The notes: a model not told the origin generated them from the sequence alone. Shown: positions 50,691-60,107, counted from the stretch's first letter. The stretch: DNA of 64,000 nucleotides from Salinivirgaceae bacterium (GCA_024405635.1 JAKSOL010000001.1:182082-246081); one strand, 5' to 3'. Numbers and translations: made by a program.

Positions 50691-52025
50691 ATGGGAAAAC
50701 TTTGGGATAAAGGCATTGAAACCAACAAGTTAGTGGAACAGTTCACTGTTGGTCTTGATCGCGAAATGGATTTATATCTTGCGCCGTTTGACGTTTTGGG
50801 CACTATGGCGCACATTACAATGCTTGAATCAATAGGCTTGCTTGGTAGCGATGAACTGCCTGTGCTTTTGGCCGAATTGAAAAAGATTTACGCAACCACA
50901 CAATCGGGCAATTTTGTTATTGAAGATGATGTTGAGGATGTTCATTCTCAAGTTGAATTTTTGCTTACCAAGGCGCTTGGCGATATGGGCAAGAAAGTTC
51001 ACAGCGGACGATCGCGCAACGACCAAGTGTTGGTCGATATGAAATTGTACTTGCGTCATGAGGTTGAGGAGATTGTTGGATTGGTAAAATCGCTATTCGA
51101 TACTCTTATTCAATTGAGTAACAAGTATAAAGACTATTTGATGCCAGGCTATACACATCTTCAGGTGGCTATGCCATCATCGTTTGGCGTTTGGTTTGGA
51201 GCGTATGCCGAAAGTTTGTCTGACGACCTTACAATGTTGCGCGCTGCTTACAAAATTATTAACCAAAATCCGCTTGGCTCGGCTGCGGGTTATGGTTCGT
51301 CGTTCCCTTTAAACCGAACAATGACAACTCGTTTGCTTGGCTTTAACGATTTGAACTACAATGTGGTTTATTCGCAAATGGGACGCGGCAAAACCGAACA
51401 AAATTTAAGTTTTGCTATGGCTGCGTTGGCTCAAACTTTGAGTCGTATGGCTATGGATATGTGCATGTATAACTCGCAAGATCTTGGTTTTGTAAAATTG
51501 CCTGACGAGTTTACAACAGGCTCGTCAATCATGCCACACAAAAAGAACCCTGATGTTTGGGAACTTGTGCGTGGTAAATGCAACCGCATCAAAGCTTTGC
51601 CAACCGACATTACACTAACTATTTCAAATTTGCCATCGGGTTATCATCGCGATTTGCAACTACTTAAAGAGCAGATTATTCCAGCAATTAACGACATTAA
51701 GCAATGTTTGACTTTGGCCGAACTGATGCTTAAAAATGTTAAGATTAAGGAGAACATTTTGGCTGAACCTAAATATGCGCTTGCTTTTAGTGTTGAGGTG
51801 GTTAACAAACTTGTACTTGAAGGAATGCCTTTCCGCGATGCATATAAAAAAGTAGCTCTTGATATTCAAGCAGGAAAATTTGTTCCCGAAACTCATGTTA
51901 ATCATACCCATGAGGGTAGTATTGGTAATCTTTGCAACGAGCAGATTTCCAACAAGTTCAATGCAACTTTGAACGAATTTGAATTCAATTCGGTGGCCAA
52001 TGCCATCAGCAATTTGTTAAAATAA
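50691..52025 (+). CDS. argH: Argininosuccinate lyase
   Basis: HSGRSRNDQ, MPGYTHLQ, GSSIMPHKKNPD and PFRDAY. Confidence 0.96.
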   Translation: MGKLWDKGIETNKLVEQFTVGLDREMDLYLAPFDVLGTMAHITMLESIGLLGSDELPVLLAELKKIYATTQSGNFVIEDDVEDVHSQVEFLLTKALGDMGKKVHSGRSRNDQVLVDMKLYLRHEVEEIVGLVKSLFDTLIQLSNKYKDYLMPGYTHLQVAMPSSFGVWFGAYAESLSDDLTMLRAAYKIINQNPLGSAAGYGSSFPLNRTMTTRLLGFNDLNYNVVYSQMGRGKTEQNLSFAMAALAQTLSRMAMDMCMYNSQDLGFVKLPDEFTTGSSIMPHKKNPDVWELVRGKCNRIKALPTDITLTISNLPSGYHRDLQLLKEQIIPAINDIKQCLTLAELMLKNVKIKENILAEPKYALAFSVEVVNKLVLEGMPFRDAYKKVALDIQAGKFVPETHVNHTHEGSIGNLCNEQISNKFNATLNEFEFNSVANAISNLLK

Positions 52026-52031
52026 ATTTCT

Positions 52032-53435
52032 GTGCAATCGCACCGCACACACTTTGGTTTAAGGCAATGGCTGCTATTTTTTTTAGCAGTTGTGCCTTGC
52101 CACATGTGGGCACAAAACTATTTTCCAAACATTGTTTGTGTGTCGGTTGATTCGGCACAAACCCGAAGGGTTACAATTACGTGGAATGTTGCTCAACCCG
52201 ATGCGCAACAAACTTTTGACGTTTATCGATATTCAAATGGCATTTGGACTCAACTTGTTGATTCTTTGCCAAATACCGAACGCTCGTTTACTGATAAAAC
52301 TGCACATCCGTACGACCAAGCCGAACGTTATTGTGTAGCAACCAAAACACCAAATGCTACCGATTCGCCGCTTAGCAGTAGCCATCAAACTATTTTTTTG
52401 AGCCAAGCCGAATACAACTCGTGCAACCTTTCGGTGGCGTTGCATTTTAGTCAATACATTGGTTGTCAAGTTGAGCAATATTGTGTTTTTCGTTCAACCG
52501 ATTCGCAACCGTACAAACAAATTGGCTGTGCAACTGATACGGTTTATGTCGATTCGGCTCTTGCTGTTGGTTCACAATATTCGTATTATATAAGTGCAAA
52601 GTTGAGTAATGGCGCGCAATCGCTGTCAAATGTAGTGGCATTTGATGCGTTTCAGGCCGAGTCGGTTTCTCCTTCCGATTTTGGCGTGCTTTTTATTGAT
52701 AATTCGGCCGATAGTTTGCTGATTACTACCAAATTGTGTGAGTTGGCAACGGTTCAGGGTTATGCTTTTAGTGTTGGTGGGGTAATTGATTCAGTTTATA
52801 CAGCAGGGCAAACATCGTTTTTGTTGCCCAAATGTGCTGAAATACAATTTGTTGCTATTGATAGTTGTGGCAACTTAATTGACGGTTCTTCGGTCTTGTC
52901 GCCGCTTGAAATTGATGCACAAATTGCCGATGATGAAGTTTCAATTTCCACTTCATTTGTGTCGGGTAAAACCGAGGTTTATGCAATGGTTGACGGCTCG
53001 GCTCCTATGATTGTTGATGCGCAAATGAGTAATAACGAAATAACCGTGCAATTGTCTGATTTTGTTGATGATAAACCACAGAACTTTTGTTTTTTCTTGC
53101 AGACTATTCTTGATGAAGTTGAATATCGCTCAAACACAGTTTGTGTATCGCGGCAAGCACAAATAACTATTCCAAATGCTTTTTCGCCCAATGGCGATGG
53201 CTTAAACGATACTTTTGGCCCAGTATTTACAAGCGCCGATGTTGAAAGTTTTGAATTTTCGATTTACGACAAATTTGGCAATCGTGTTTTTGCCACAACA
53301 ACGTTAACTGAGCGTTGGGATGGAACATATAGAGGTAAGAGTGTAAAGACTGGAGGTTATCTTTATTATGTAAAAGTTATACTCACCAACGGTAGTTCCT
53401 TTGAAAAACGAGGAGCTGTTAATGTGGTTCAATAA
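52032..53435 (+). CDS. T9SS type B (gliding-motility C-terminal domain) cargo with FN3-like modules
   Basis: Signal peptide and FN3-like segments; C-terminal IPNAFSPNGDGLNDTF...IYDKFG...WDG...GYLYY. Confidence 0.85.
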   Translation: MQSHRTHFGLRQWLLFFLAVVPCHMWAQNYFPNIVCVSVDSAQTRRVTITWNVAQPDAQQTFDVYRYSNGIWTQLVDSLPNTERSFTDKTAHPYDQAERYCVATKTPNATDSPLSSSHQTIFLSQAEYNSCNLSVALHFSQYIGCQVEQYCVFRSTDSQPYKQIGCATDTVYVDSALAVGSQYSYYISAKLSNGAQSLSNVVAFDAFQAESVSPSDFGVLFIDNSADSLLITTKLCELATVQGYAFSVGGVIDSVYTAGQTSFLLPKCAEIQFVAIDSCGNLIDGSSVLSPLEIDAQIADDEVSISTSFVSGKTEVYAMVDGSAPMIVDAQMSNNEITVQLSDFVDDKPQNFCFFLQTILDEVEYRSNTVCVSRQAQITIPNAFSPNGDGLNDTFGPVFTSADVESFEFSIYDKFGNRVFATTTLTERWDGTYRGKSVKTGGYLYYVKVILTNGSSFEKRGAVNVVQ

Positions 53436-53441
53436 TTTTTC

Positions 53442-54506
53442 TTACAAACTCAGTTGCTCCAAAATTTTGCAATAAACTTCAATACCGTTCTCTATTTCCT
53501 CTTCCATTATATACTCGTTTGCGGTGTGCGAACGAGCTGAATCTCCGGGACCTATTTTTATAGTTGGGAAAGCTCCGCTTATTACGGCTTGGTCCGATGT
53601 GGTAGGAGAGAAGAATGTTTCAAGACCTAGGCTTAATCCAGCTTTTACCAAAGGGTGCTCCATGCTTATTGCCGATGCGTTTTTGTTTAGCGAACGAGGT
53701 GTGGCGGTCGATTCAATGTGCTGCTGAATATGCTCCCAAGTTTCTTTGTTGCTATATTGCTCGGTGGTGCGCACATCAACCACAAAGTGGCATTCGGCAG
53801 GAATTACGTTGTGTTGCGTGCCTGCATTAATTTGTGTAACGCTCATTTTTACATTGCCAAGCAGGGGGCTTTCTTTGGGGAATTTGTACGAGTGAAACCA
53901 CTCAATGTCGCGCGAGGCAATGCTTATTGCGTTTATTCCCTCGTTGCGAGCGGCGTGCCCAGTTTGTCCGTGGGCAACACAGTCGAGAACCAACAGACCT
54001 TTTTCAGCCACAGCCATACGCATTCCGGTAGGTTCGCCCACAATGCCAGCAACAACGGTTTGTTTCAGCATTGGCAGAATTTTGTACATGCCATTGGGGC
54101 CCGATATTTCCTCTTCGGCCGAAGCCACAAACATGCGGTTGTAGCCAAGATTTGAATTGTCGGTTGCCATAAAAGCCATAAGTAGGCTAACAAGACTTGC
54201 GCCCGCATCGTTGCTACCAAGACCTGTTAACTTGCCGTTAGCATTTATTGGTTCAAATGGGTCCGATTCCCAACCCTGCGCAGGTTTAACGGTATCGAGG
54301 TGAGAGTTAAGCATCAGAGTGGCGCGCCCTTCGGCAAAATCTTTGCAACGCGCAATTATGTTGTTGCCAATCTGTTCTGGTTCGTATCCGTTGTCTTTCA
54401 AAAAGTTAACAACAATGTCTGATACGTTCTTTTCGTTGCCACTAAACGATTCGGTGGCTATCATTTGCTTTAAAAGATTTATGGCAGATTGTGTTAGTGT
54501 GTTCAT
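53442..54506 (-). CDS. argE: M20 family acetylornithine deacetylase-like hydrolase
   Basis: NSHLDTV, GSNDAG, AEEE, VGEPT, GHAA and SHTANE; close to argH. Confidence 0.78.
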   Translation of the reverse strand: MNTLTQSAINLLKQMIATESFSGNEKNVSDIVVNFLKDNGYEPEQIGNNIIARCKDFAEGRATLMLNSHLDTVKPAQGWESDPFEPINANGKLTGLGSNDAGASLVSLLMAFMATDNSNLGYNRMFVASAEEEISGPNGMYKILPMLKQTVVAGIVGEPTGMRMAVAEKGLLVLDCVAHGQTGHAARNEGINAISIASRDIEWFHSYKFPKESPLLGNVKMSVTQINAGTQHNVIPAECHFVVDVRTTEQYSNKETWEHIQQHIESTATPRSLNKNASAISMEHPLVKAGLSLGLETFFSPTTSDQAVISGAFPTIKIGPGDSARSHTANEYIMEEEIENGIEVYCKILEQLSL

Positions 54507-54514
54507 TTATGTGA

Positions 54515-54547
54515 GTGTTGTTTTTGTTGCAAATATATCTAAAATGA
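54515..54547. repeat. Left copy of a 33-bp direct repeat (contains the argE -7 promoter element on the minus strand)
   Basis: GTGTTGTTTTTGTTGCAAATATATCTAAAATGA, identical to 59681-59713. Confidence 0.92.
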
Positions 54548-54915
54548 AGAGCTGTTGGCGCCATGCTTAAAACCGATGTGCAAATGGCTTGAATGTGGAT
54601 TGTTGTAAGTTTTTCAGTATATCAAAAATCAATTGTTAGTGCCGATGCCAATATTTGTGCTCCGTAGTATGCATTATTTGCCAAATAGAAATATCATACA
54701 ACAAAAACAGCAAGAATGGATATGCGTAATATCCAAAATGACAGAAAGTGTTTGGCTTGTTAAACTGGAGCCATTATTGAGAATTATTGCAAATAGTTTA
54801 ATTTTGAAGAACTAAAGACGATTCAAAAGAAAAATAATTCACAGAAATAGAATTTTAAACTAACATATTAATTAACAAGCGTTTGCTATAAAAACAAGAT
54901 TATTAAATAACAACA

Positions 54916-55818
54916 ATGAAAGCAAAACCATTCGTCAAGTGGGTTGGTGGAAAAAGCCAGCTCATCGAACAACTCGGAGCATTGCTTCCTGCTGACTTTG
55001 CACAATGGGAGAATGTCACTTACATTGAACCTTTTGTAGGTGGAGGGGCTATGCTCTTCTACATGTTACAGTCTCATTCCAATATCACATCAGCAGTAAT
55101 AAATGATATTAATCCAGATTTAACAACATGTTATAAAGTTGTCAAGAAAAATCCGGCAGCCTTGATATCTTCTTTAGGTGAAATTCAAAAAGAATATTAT
55201 GCACTAAAAAATGAAGAATCTCGTAAAGAATTCTTTTTACAAATGCGTGACAGATTTAATACAAAAAAACTTGATGAAATAGAGAACACTACAATTTTCT
55301 TTTTTCTGAATCGTACGTGTTTCAATGGATTATATAGGGTAAACAAATCGGGTTTGTTTAATGTTCCTTTTGGCAAATATAAAAGACCGACTATTTGTGA
55401 CCCTGCTACAATTTATGCAGATAGTGAATTGTTGCAAAAGGTTACGATTATGACAGGAGATTTTGAAAAGACAATCGAACAAATAGGTGTAACAAATTTT
55501 TTCTATTTCGATCCTCCATATCGACCGTTGAGTGAAACTTCAAGCTTTACAAGCTATTCAAAAGATGATTTTAACGATGATGCTCAAATCAGATTGATGC
55601 AATTTTGTAACAATTTGAATAATCTTAATATTTCATTTATGCTTAGCAATTCGGACGGATTTGGAGCAAATGGCAAAGACCGATTTTTAGATGATTTATA
55701 CGAGGATTTTCAAATAGAACGAGTTATTGCTTCTCGAAATATAAATTCAATTGCCTCTAAGCGTGGAAAATTGAGCGAGATTTTAGTTCGTAACTACCAA
55801 GAAACAGCAGTAATATGA
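54916..55818 (+). CDS. Dam/DpnM-type DNA adenine methyltransferase (likely GATC)
   Basis: KWVGGK, EPFVGGG, NRTCFNGLYRVN..G.FNVPFG, DPPY and LSNS. Confidence 0.93.
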   Translation: MKAKPFVKWVGGKSQLIEQLGALLPADFAQWENVTYIEPFVGGGAMLFYMLQSHSNITSAVINDINPDLTTCYKVVKKNPAALISSLGEIQKEYYALKNEESRKEFFLQMRDRFNTKKLDEIENTTIFFFLNRTCFNGLYRVNKSGLFNVPFGKYKRPTICDPATIYADSELLQKVTIMTGDFEKTIEQIGVTNFFYFDPPYRPLSETSSFTSYSKDDFNDDAQIRLMQFCNNLNNLNISFMLSNSDGFGANGKDRFLDDLYEDFQIERVIASRNINSIASKRGKLSEILVRNYQETAVI

Positions 55819-56666
55819 AAGCACATACAGATGAACAATTTAACACATTTCTATCGCAATTGAAGGAAACTAACCAGACTTTAGATTTCTTTTGTGATTT
55901 TGGCAAGATTTCAGAAAATGTAAATAACATAAAATTAAGTCTTTGTATGCTGAATAGTCTTATTGGCGTACAAGATATTCGTTCTGCTGTTGAAACAATA
56001 TGGAACAGAGATAAGTCCGCATTTAATGTTATGGACATTCTAATTGCTGTTCGTAGCGAAGGACAAAAGAAGGTTATTGATTCAATTGGAAATTGTGTTG
56101 TTCTTGATTCTTTATTCACATCTGTTGAAGGTGTTATGGAGTTCCTTAACAATACAGGATTAACTGAAGTTTTCCAAAGTAGAAAAATAACTAATTTGGT
56201 TGATTATGTTTTTGGAATCGAAACAGGATTGGATACAAATGCCCGCAAAAATAGGAGTGGACATATTATGGAAAATGCTGTTGCAAAAATATTAAAGGCA
56301 AATGGCATACATTTCCGTCAAGAAGTTTATTCAAGCGAATGGCAAAGTATTACCGACGTTTTGGGCGATGATGAAAAGCGATTTGATTTTGTTATAGAGA
56401 CACCAACAAAAACATATTTAATTGAAGTTAATTTCTATAGTGGTGGCGGTTCTAAACTAAATGAAGTTGCACGTTCATACTCTGATATTGCACCAAAAAT
56501 CAATTCTGTTGAAGGTTTTGAATTTGTTTGGATAACTGACGGTATTGGTTGGAAATCTGCAAAAAATAAATTGCAAGAGGCTTATAATATTATACCAAGT
56601 GTGTATAATTTGACAAATATTGAAGAATTATTAAATATCATTAATAAATATGGCGACATTAAATGA
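55815..56666 (+). CDS. DpnII/MboI-family type II restriction endonuclease
   Basis: TNLVDYVFGIETGLDTNARKNRSG, KRFDFV, IEVNFYSGGGSKLNEVARSY and WITDGIGW. Confidence 0.92.
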   Translation: MKAHTDEQFNTFLSQLKETNQTLDFFCDFGKISENVNNIKLSLCMLNSLIGVQDIRSAVETIWNRDKSAFNVMDILIAVRSEGQKKVIDSIGNCVVLDSLFTSVEGVMEFLNNTGLTEVFQSRKITNLVDYVFGIETGLDTNARKNRSGHIMENAVAKILKANGIHFRQEVYSSEWQSITDVLGDDEKRFDFVIETPTKTYLIEVNFYSGGGSKLNEVARSYSDIAPKINSVEGFEFVWITDGIGWKSAKNKLQEAYNIIPSVYNLTNIEELLNIINKYGDIK

Positions 56667-58344
56667 CTTTAAAATTTTGAATCAAAAGTGCTTAAAGCAT
56701 TTTGAAATTGCAGTAGCTACATTAAAATTGTCTGATGATATTCTGCAAAAGATTGATGAACAGAAAAAAAAGAACTTTGGTTTTTATTATTGTGCATTGC
56801 AGTACATATTGAATGAAACTAATTATGAGGTGTTGACCGAGATTATTTGTGATACTGATTTTAATGTCAATTTATTTAATATTAAAGATCAAGATGCAGG
56901 AGTTGATGCTGTTTATTTTGATGAAGAAGAGCATCAAATATCTATTTTTAATTTTAAGTTTCGCCCTAATTTTAATAAAGATAAAGCTCAAAGTATCAAT
57001 GAATCAATACAAACTGTAAAATTTTTAAATGTAATTAAAACAGAAAATTATGATTCATTGTCAGGTAAACCAAAAGAATTTGCAAAAAAAATAATAGATT
57101 ACAACAATAGTGATGAAGTATGGAAAACAACATATTATATTGTTAGTAATGAAAATATTACTATTGATACAAATAATTCAACGATAAGAGATTTATCGCA
57201 AGTTCAAGGTATTGAAATAAAGGCAATTGGGTTAGATGAGATAGTTGATTTTATGTCTATACATCCAGCAAATGTAAATGCTGAACTATTATTACCAAGA
57301 GAAAATGTAATGACGTACGCTGTAAGTAATTTGGTTACAGATAAATCATATAATCTTTCCCTTAGTTTAACTGATATCATCCGAATAACGTGTAATGACG
57401 AACAATATAGAAAGAATACTAATGTAGAAGATGATAGTGAATTAACAAAATTGGAGTTGGAGAATTCTGTACTATATGAAAATGTTCGTGGATACATATT
57501 ACGTTCTGAGTATAATGCGAATATTTTTAAATCATTAGAAAATGAACCAGAAAAATTTTTCTTCTTTAATAATGGTATCACTATCGTTGCCGAAGATATT
57601 AGTGCACAAGAGGTTAATACTAACAGAAAATTAAAATTATCAATAAGAAACTTTCAAGTTCTAAATGGTGGACAAACACTTCGAACAATACATAAGTTTA
57701 ACAAAGAGGATTCGAGAAATATAGAAAAATTGTCAAAAGCAAGTATAATGGTTCGAATTATGAAAGTTACAGATGATGATTTAAAAAGTCGTATAAGTGA
57801 ATTTACTAATAGTCAAAATTCTATTTCTCAAAAGGATTTAAAATCAATGAGAAAAGAACAAGTACAACTACAGCAATATTTGGAAGATTATGGTATTTTA
57901 TATATTAGGAAAAGTGGTGATATAGGAGAAAAATCTCAGAAAAAATATGATTATCATATTGATATTGAGTTACTAGGTCAAATATTATATGCAATTTGTG
58001 GATTTCCAGGACAGGTATCGAACAAGAAGAAAGATATTTTTTCTAAAAATTATAATAGTATTTTCTTAACAGATGATTTGTTATCAGAAAAAACAGTAAC
58101 ATATATAAAAGCATATTATTCAATAAAAGAATTGTATAAAGAAAAATATAAAAAATCATATATGGATTTGAAAGTGTTCTTTATACTGTATTTGTCAGAA
58201 AAACTAAGAAAAAATGATTATCAGAATATAATTGAAGAATTTGAAAAATATCTTGAAAACACACGTAGTGAAGAAAAGGATAGTAGAAGATTGATAAAAG
58301 TAACCTTTCTGTCTGAATTAAAAAGGCAATTTAATATAAATTGA
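56650..58344 (+). CDS. AIPR family (abortive infection phage resistance) protein
   Basis: N-terminal DAGVDAVYFD..FNFKF; core LYENVRGYI, FFFFNNGITIV, QVLNGGQT and TNSQN. Confidence 0.88.
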   Translation: MATLNDFKILNQKCLKHFEIAVATLKLSDDILQKIDEQKKKNFGFYYCALQYILNETNYEVLTEIICDTDFNVNLFNIKDQDAGVDAVYFDEEEHQISIFNFKFRPNFNKDKAQSINESIQTVKFLNVIKTENYDSLSGKPKEFAKKIIDYNNSDEVWKTTYYIVSNENITIDTNNSTIRDLSQVQGIEIKAIGLDEIVDFMSIHPANVNAELLLPRENVMTYAVSNLVTDKSYNLSLSLTDIIRITCNDEQYRKNTNVEDDSELTKLELENSVLYENVRGYILRSEYNANIFKSLENEPEKFFFFNNGITIVAEDISAQEVNTNRKLKLSIRNFQVLNGGQTLRTIHKFNKEDSRNIEKLSKASIMVRIMKVTDDDLKSRISEFTNSQNSISQKDLKSMRKEQVQLQQYLEDYGILYIRKSGDIGEKSQKKYDYHIDIELLGQILYAICGFPGQVSNKKKDIFSKNYNSIFLTDDLLSEKTVTYIKAYYSIKELYKEKYKKSYMDLKVFFILYLSEKLRKNDYQNIIEEFEKYLENTRSEEKDSRRLIKVTFLSELKRQFNIN

Positions 58345-59516
58345 TGTTGTATAAAGATTTCATCCTTCACCACGGTGATTGTCGCCAATTAGTAAAAAAC
58401 ATTCCCGACAATAGCGTGGATATGATTTTTGCCGACCCACCCTATTTTTTGAGCAATGGTGGAATCAGTTGCAAGAATGGCAGAATGGTTTGCGTGGATA
58501 AAGGCGATTGGGACAAAGGCGGTACACCCGAATATATGTACCAATTCAACAAAGAATGGCTTGAAGTATGCCACTCAAAACTAAAAGACGACGGAACTAT
58601 TTGGATTTCGGGAACTTATCACAATATTTTTGTCGTTCAACGTTGTCTCAAGGAATTGGGCTACAAGATTTTGAATTATATTACTTGGCAAAAATCTGAC
58701 CCAGCACCAAACATTAGTTGCCGATATTTTACATTTTCTACAGAATTGATTATTTGGGCACGGAAATCGGAAAAGAAACCACACAAATTCAACTACGATG
58801 TGATGAAACGCATCAATGGCGACAAACAAATGACTGATGTTTGGCGAATGTCGGCAGTGGGATTGTGGGAAAAAACGTGTGGCAAACACCCTACGCAAAA
58901 GCCTTTGAAGTTATTGTATCGTATCATTTTGGCATCTACAAATAAAGGCGATACAATTCTTGACCCGTTTGCAGGAAGTTGTACTACGGGCATTGCTTCC
59001 AATCTTTTGGGTCGCAATTTTATTGGAATCGACCAAGAGCAAGAATATTTGGATTTAGGCATTCGTCGTAGGCAGGAAATAGAAAATCCTGAAATTGCAG
59101 AGAAAATGTTGCGAAAAATGTCCGATTCGTCAACAGAATCAATGGTTTTGGTAAATCATGCTTCGGAAGATAAACGAAAGTTGATGATTGAAAAAGGGAT
59201 TTGCTATATGCGAGCAAATGAGTCAAAAGGCTCGTTGCAAATAACAGCAGGATTTGAACGGATGAAATATGTCTTGTTACATACAGGTGGCAGTGACTGT
59301 CAAATTTTCAAATTGAAAAAAGCAGGGACGTTTCAAATATGGACATGCGAGGCATTGGAAAAAATCGGTTTTAGTCCCGAACATGCTACACATTACATTG
59401 TTGTTCACTTTGATAACACAAAAATGGTAGATTTAGATAAGTCTATTAATATCCGTCAGCGCTTGAATACATACAGAGCGGTAATTCGTCCTTTGAGCGA
59501 TTTTGTACTTATGTGA
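58344..59516 (+). CDS. DpnA-type (beta-class N6/N4) DNA methyltransferase with a C-terminal extension of about 125 aa
   Basis: IFADPPYFLSNGG, GTIWISGTYHNI, HPTQKP and DPFAGS; TGATG overlap with the AIPR stop codon. Confidence 0.9.
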   Translation: MLYKDFILHHGDCRQLVKNIPDNSVDMIFADPPYFLSNGGISCKNGRMVCVDKGDWDKGGTPEYMYQFNKEWLEVCHSKLKDDGTIWISGTYHNIFVVQRCLKELGYKILNYITWQKSDPAPNISCRYFTFSTELIIWARKSEKKPHKFNYDVMKRINGDKQMTDVWRMSAVGLWEKTCGKHPTQKPLKLLYRIILASTNKGDTILDPFAGSCTTGIASNLLGRNFIGIDQEQEYLDLGIRRRQEIENPEIAEKMLRKMSDSSTESMVLVNHASEDKRKLMIEKGICYMRANESKGSLQITAGFERMKYVLLHTGGSDCQIFKLKKAGTFQIWTCEALEKIGFSPEHATHYIVVHFDNTKMVDLDKSINIRQRLNTYRAVIRPLSDFVLM

Positions 59517-59564
59517 TATAAAGTGATAGTAGAGTAGTTTGCTTTTTACATTTCCAACCCATTC

Positions 59565-59606
59565 CTACTGAAAATTTTTTCTATTTCTGCAAAAAGTTTT
59601 CAGTAG
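59565..59606. repeat. 16-bp imperfect inverted repeat (terminator or protein-binding site)
   Basis: CTACTGAAAATTTTTT-n10-AAAAAGTTTTCAGTAG. Confidence 0.7.
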
Positions 59607-59680
59607 AACAATTGGCATGGTTAAGTAATATAACAAGCCAGTTTCCTAAAATACCTATGATTTTGGGGATTATGATGGCG

Positions 59681-59713
59681 GTGTTGTTTTTGTTGCAAAT
59701 ATATCTAAAATGA
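59681..59713. repeat. Right copy of the 33-bp direct repeat
   Basis: Identical to 54515-54547; weaker similarity continues to about 59741. Confidence 0.92.
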
Positions 59714-59734
59714 GGTGTTAGCGCCGCAAACTGT

Positions 59735-60107
59735 GTGCAAACTGCATTCTCCGTTATCACTAAATTGAAGCTGCTATTGAACAATATGCTCTTGCCATAT
59801 TTGTCTTTGTAGCTTGCACTAAGGCTGAGTGACAGCTCATCTTTCAAATCAGGATTGCTGAATCTCAGATTAAGCAGATCTGAACTATTGACTGTCGGAA
59901 TAAGGTTTGCGATTGACGGAATGGTCGTTCCAAACGATAGCAGACGAGCCGTTAGGTTGAGTCTATGTCATCGTGCGTGAGATGCTCCTTGACACGCATG
60001 TAGATGGTTAATTCCCGATTCTTGCTGTTCTTTTCCTGCGCCATGCAAAGATTGCTGACCATAAAGTATAGCAGCATAATCAAAAACAAGAAAATTGATC
60101 TTCTCAT
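59735..60107 (-). pseudogene. Collapsed remnant of an outer-membrane beta-barrel gene
   Basis: ATG at 60107 gives MRRSIFLFLIMLLYFMVSNLCMAQEK...DDIDST, stop at 59952. A shifted frame continues LTARLLS then PSIANLIPTVNSSDLLNLRFSNPDLKDE, an internal barrel motif. Confidence 0.7.

Larger units (their letters stand above)
54515..59713. mobile_element. Repeat-bounded defence island (R-M plus AIPR)
   Basis: Exact 33-bp direct repeats at both ends, visibly AT-richer than the flanks, defence cargo only, no integrase inside. Confidence 0.65.

Noticed and set aside
54633-54815. Small ORF upstream of the Dam-like MTase as a controller (C) protein
   Set aside because: TTG start, no HTH pattern and no recognisable C-box.
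59600-59713. Plus-strand frame ending ...MILGIMMAVLFLLQIYLK-stop as a small membrane peptide or toxin
   Set aside because: Its hydrophobic end is the T-rich repeat itself, and the same frame at the left copy is preceded by a stop. There is no independent support.
59581-59847. 88-aa ORF from the track as a real gene
   Set aside because: It is the frameshifted tail of the OMP pseudogene reading through the repeat into non-coding DNA.
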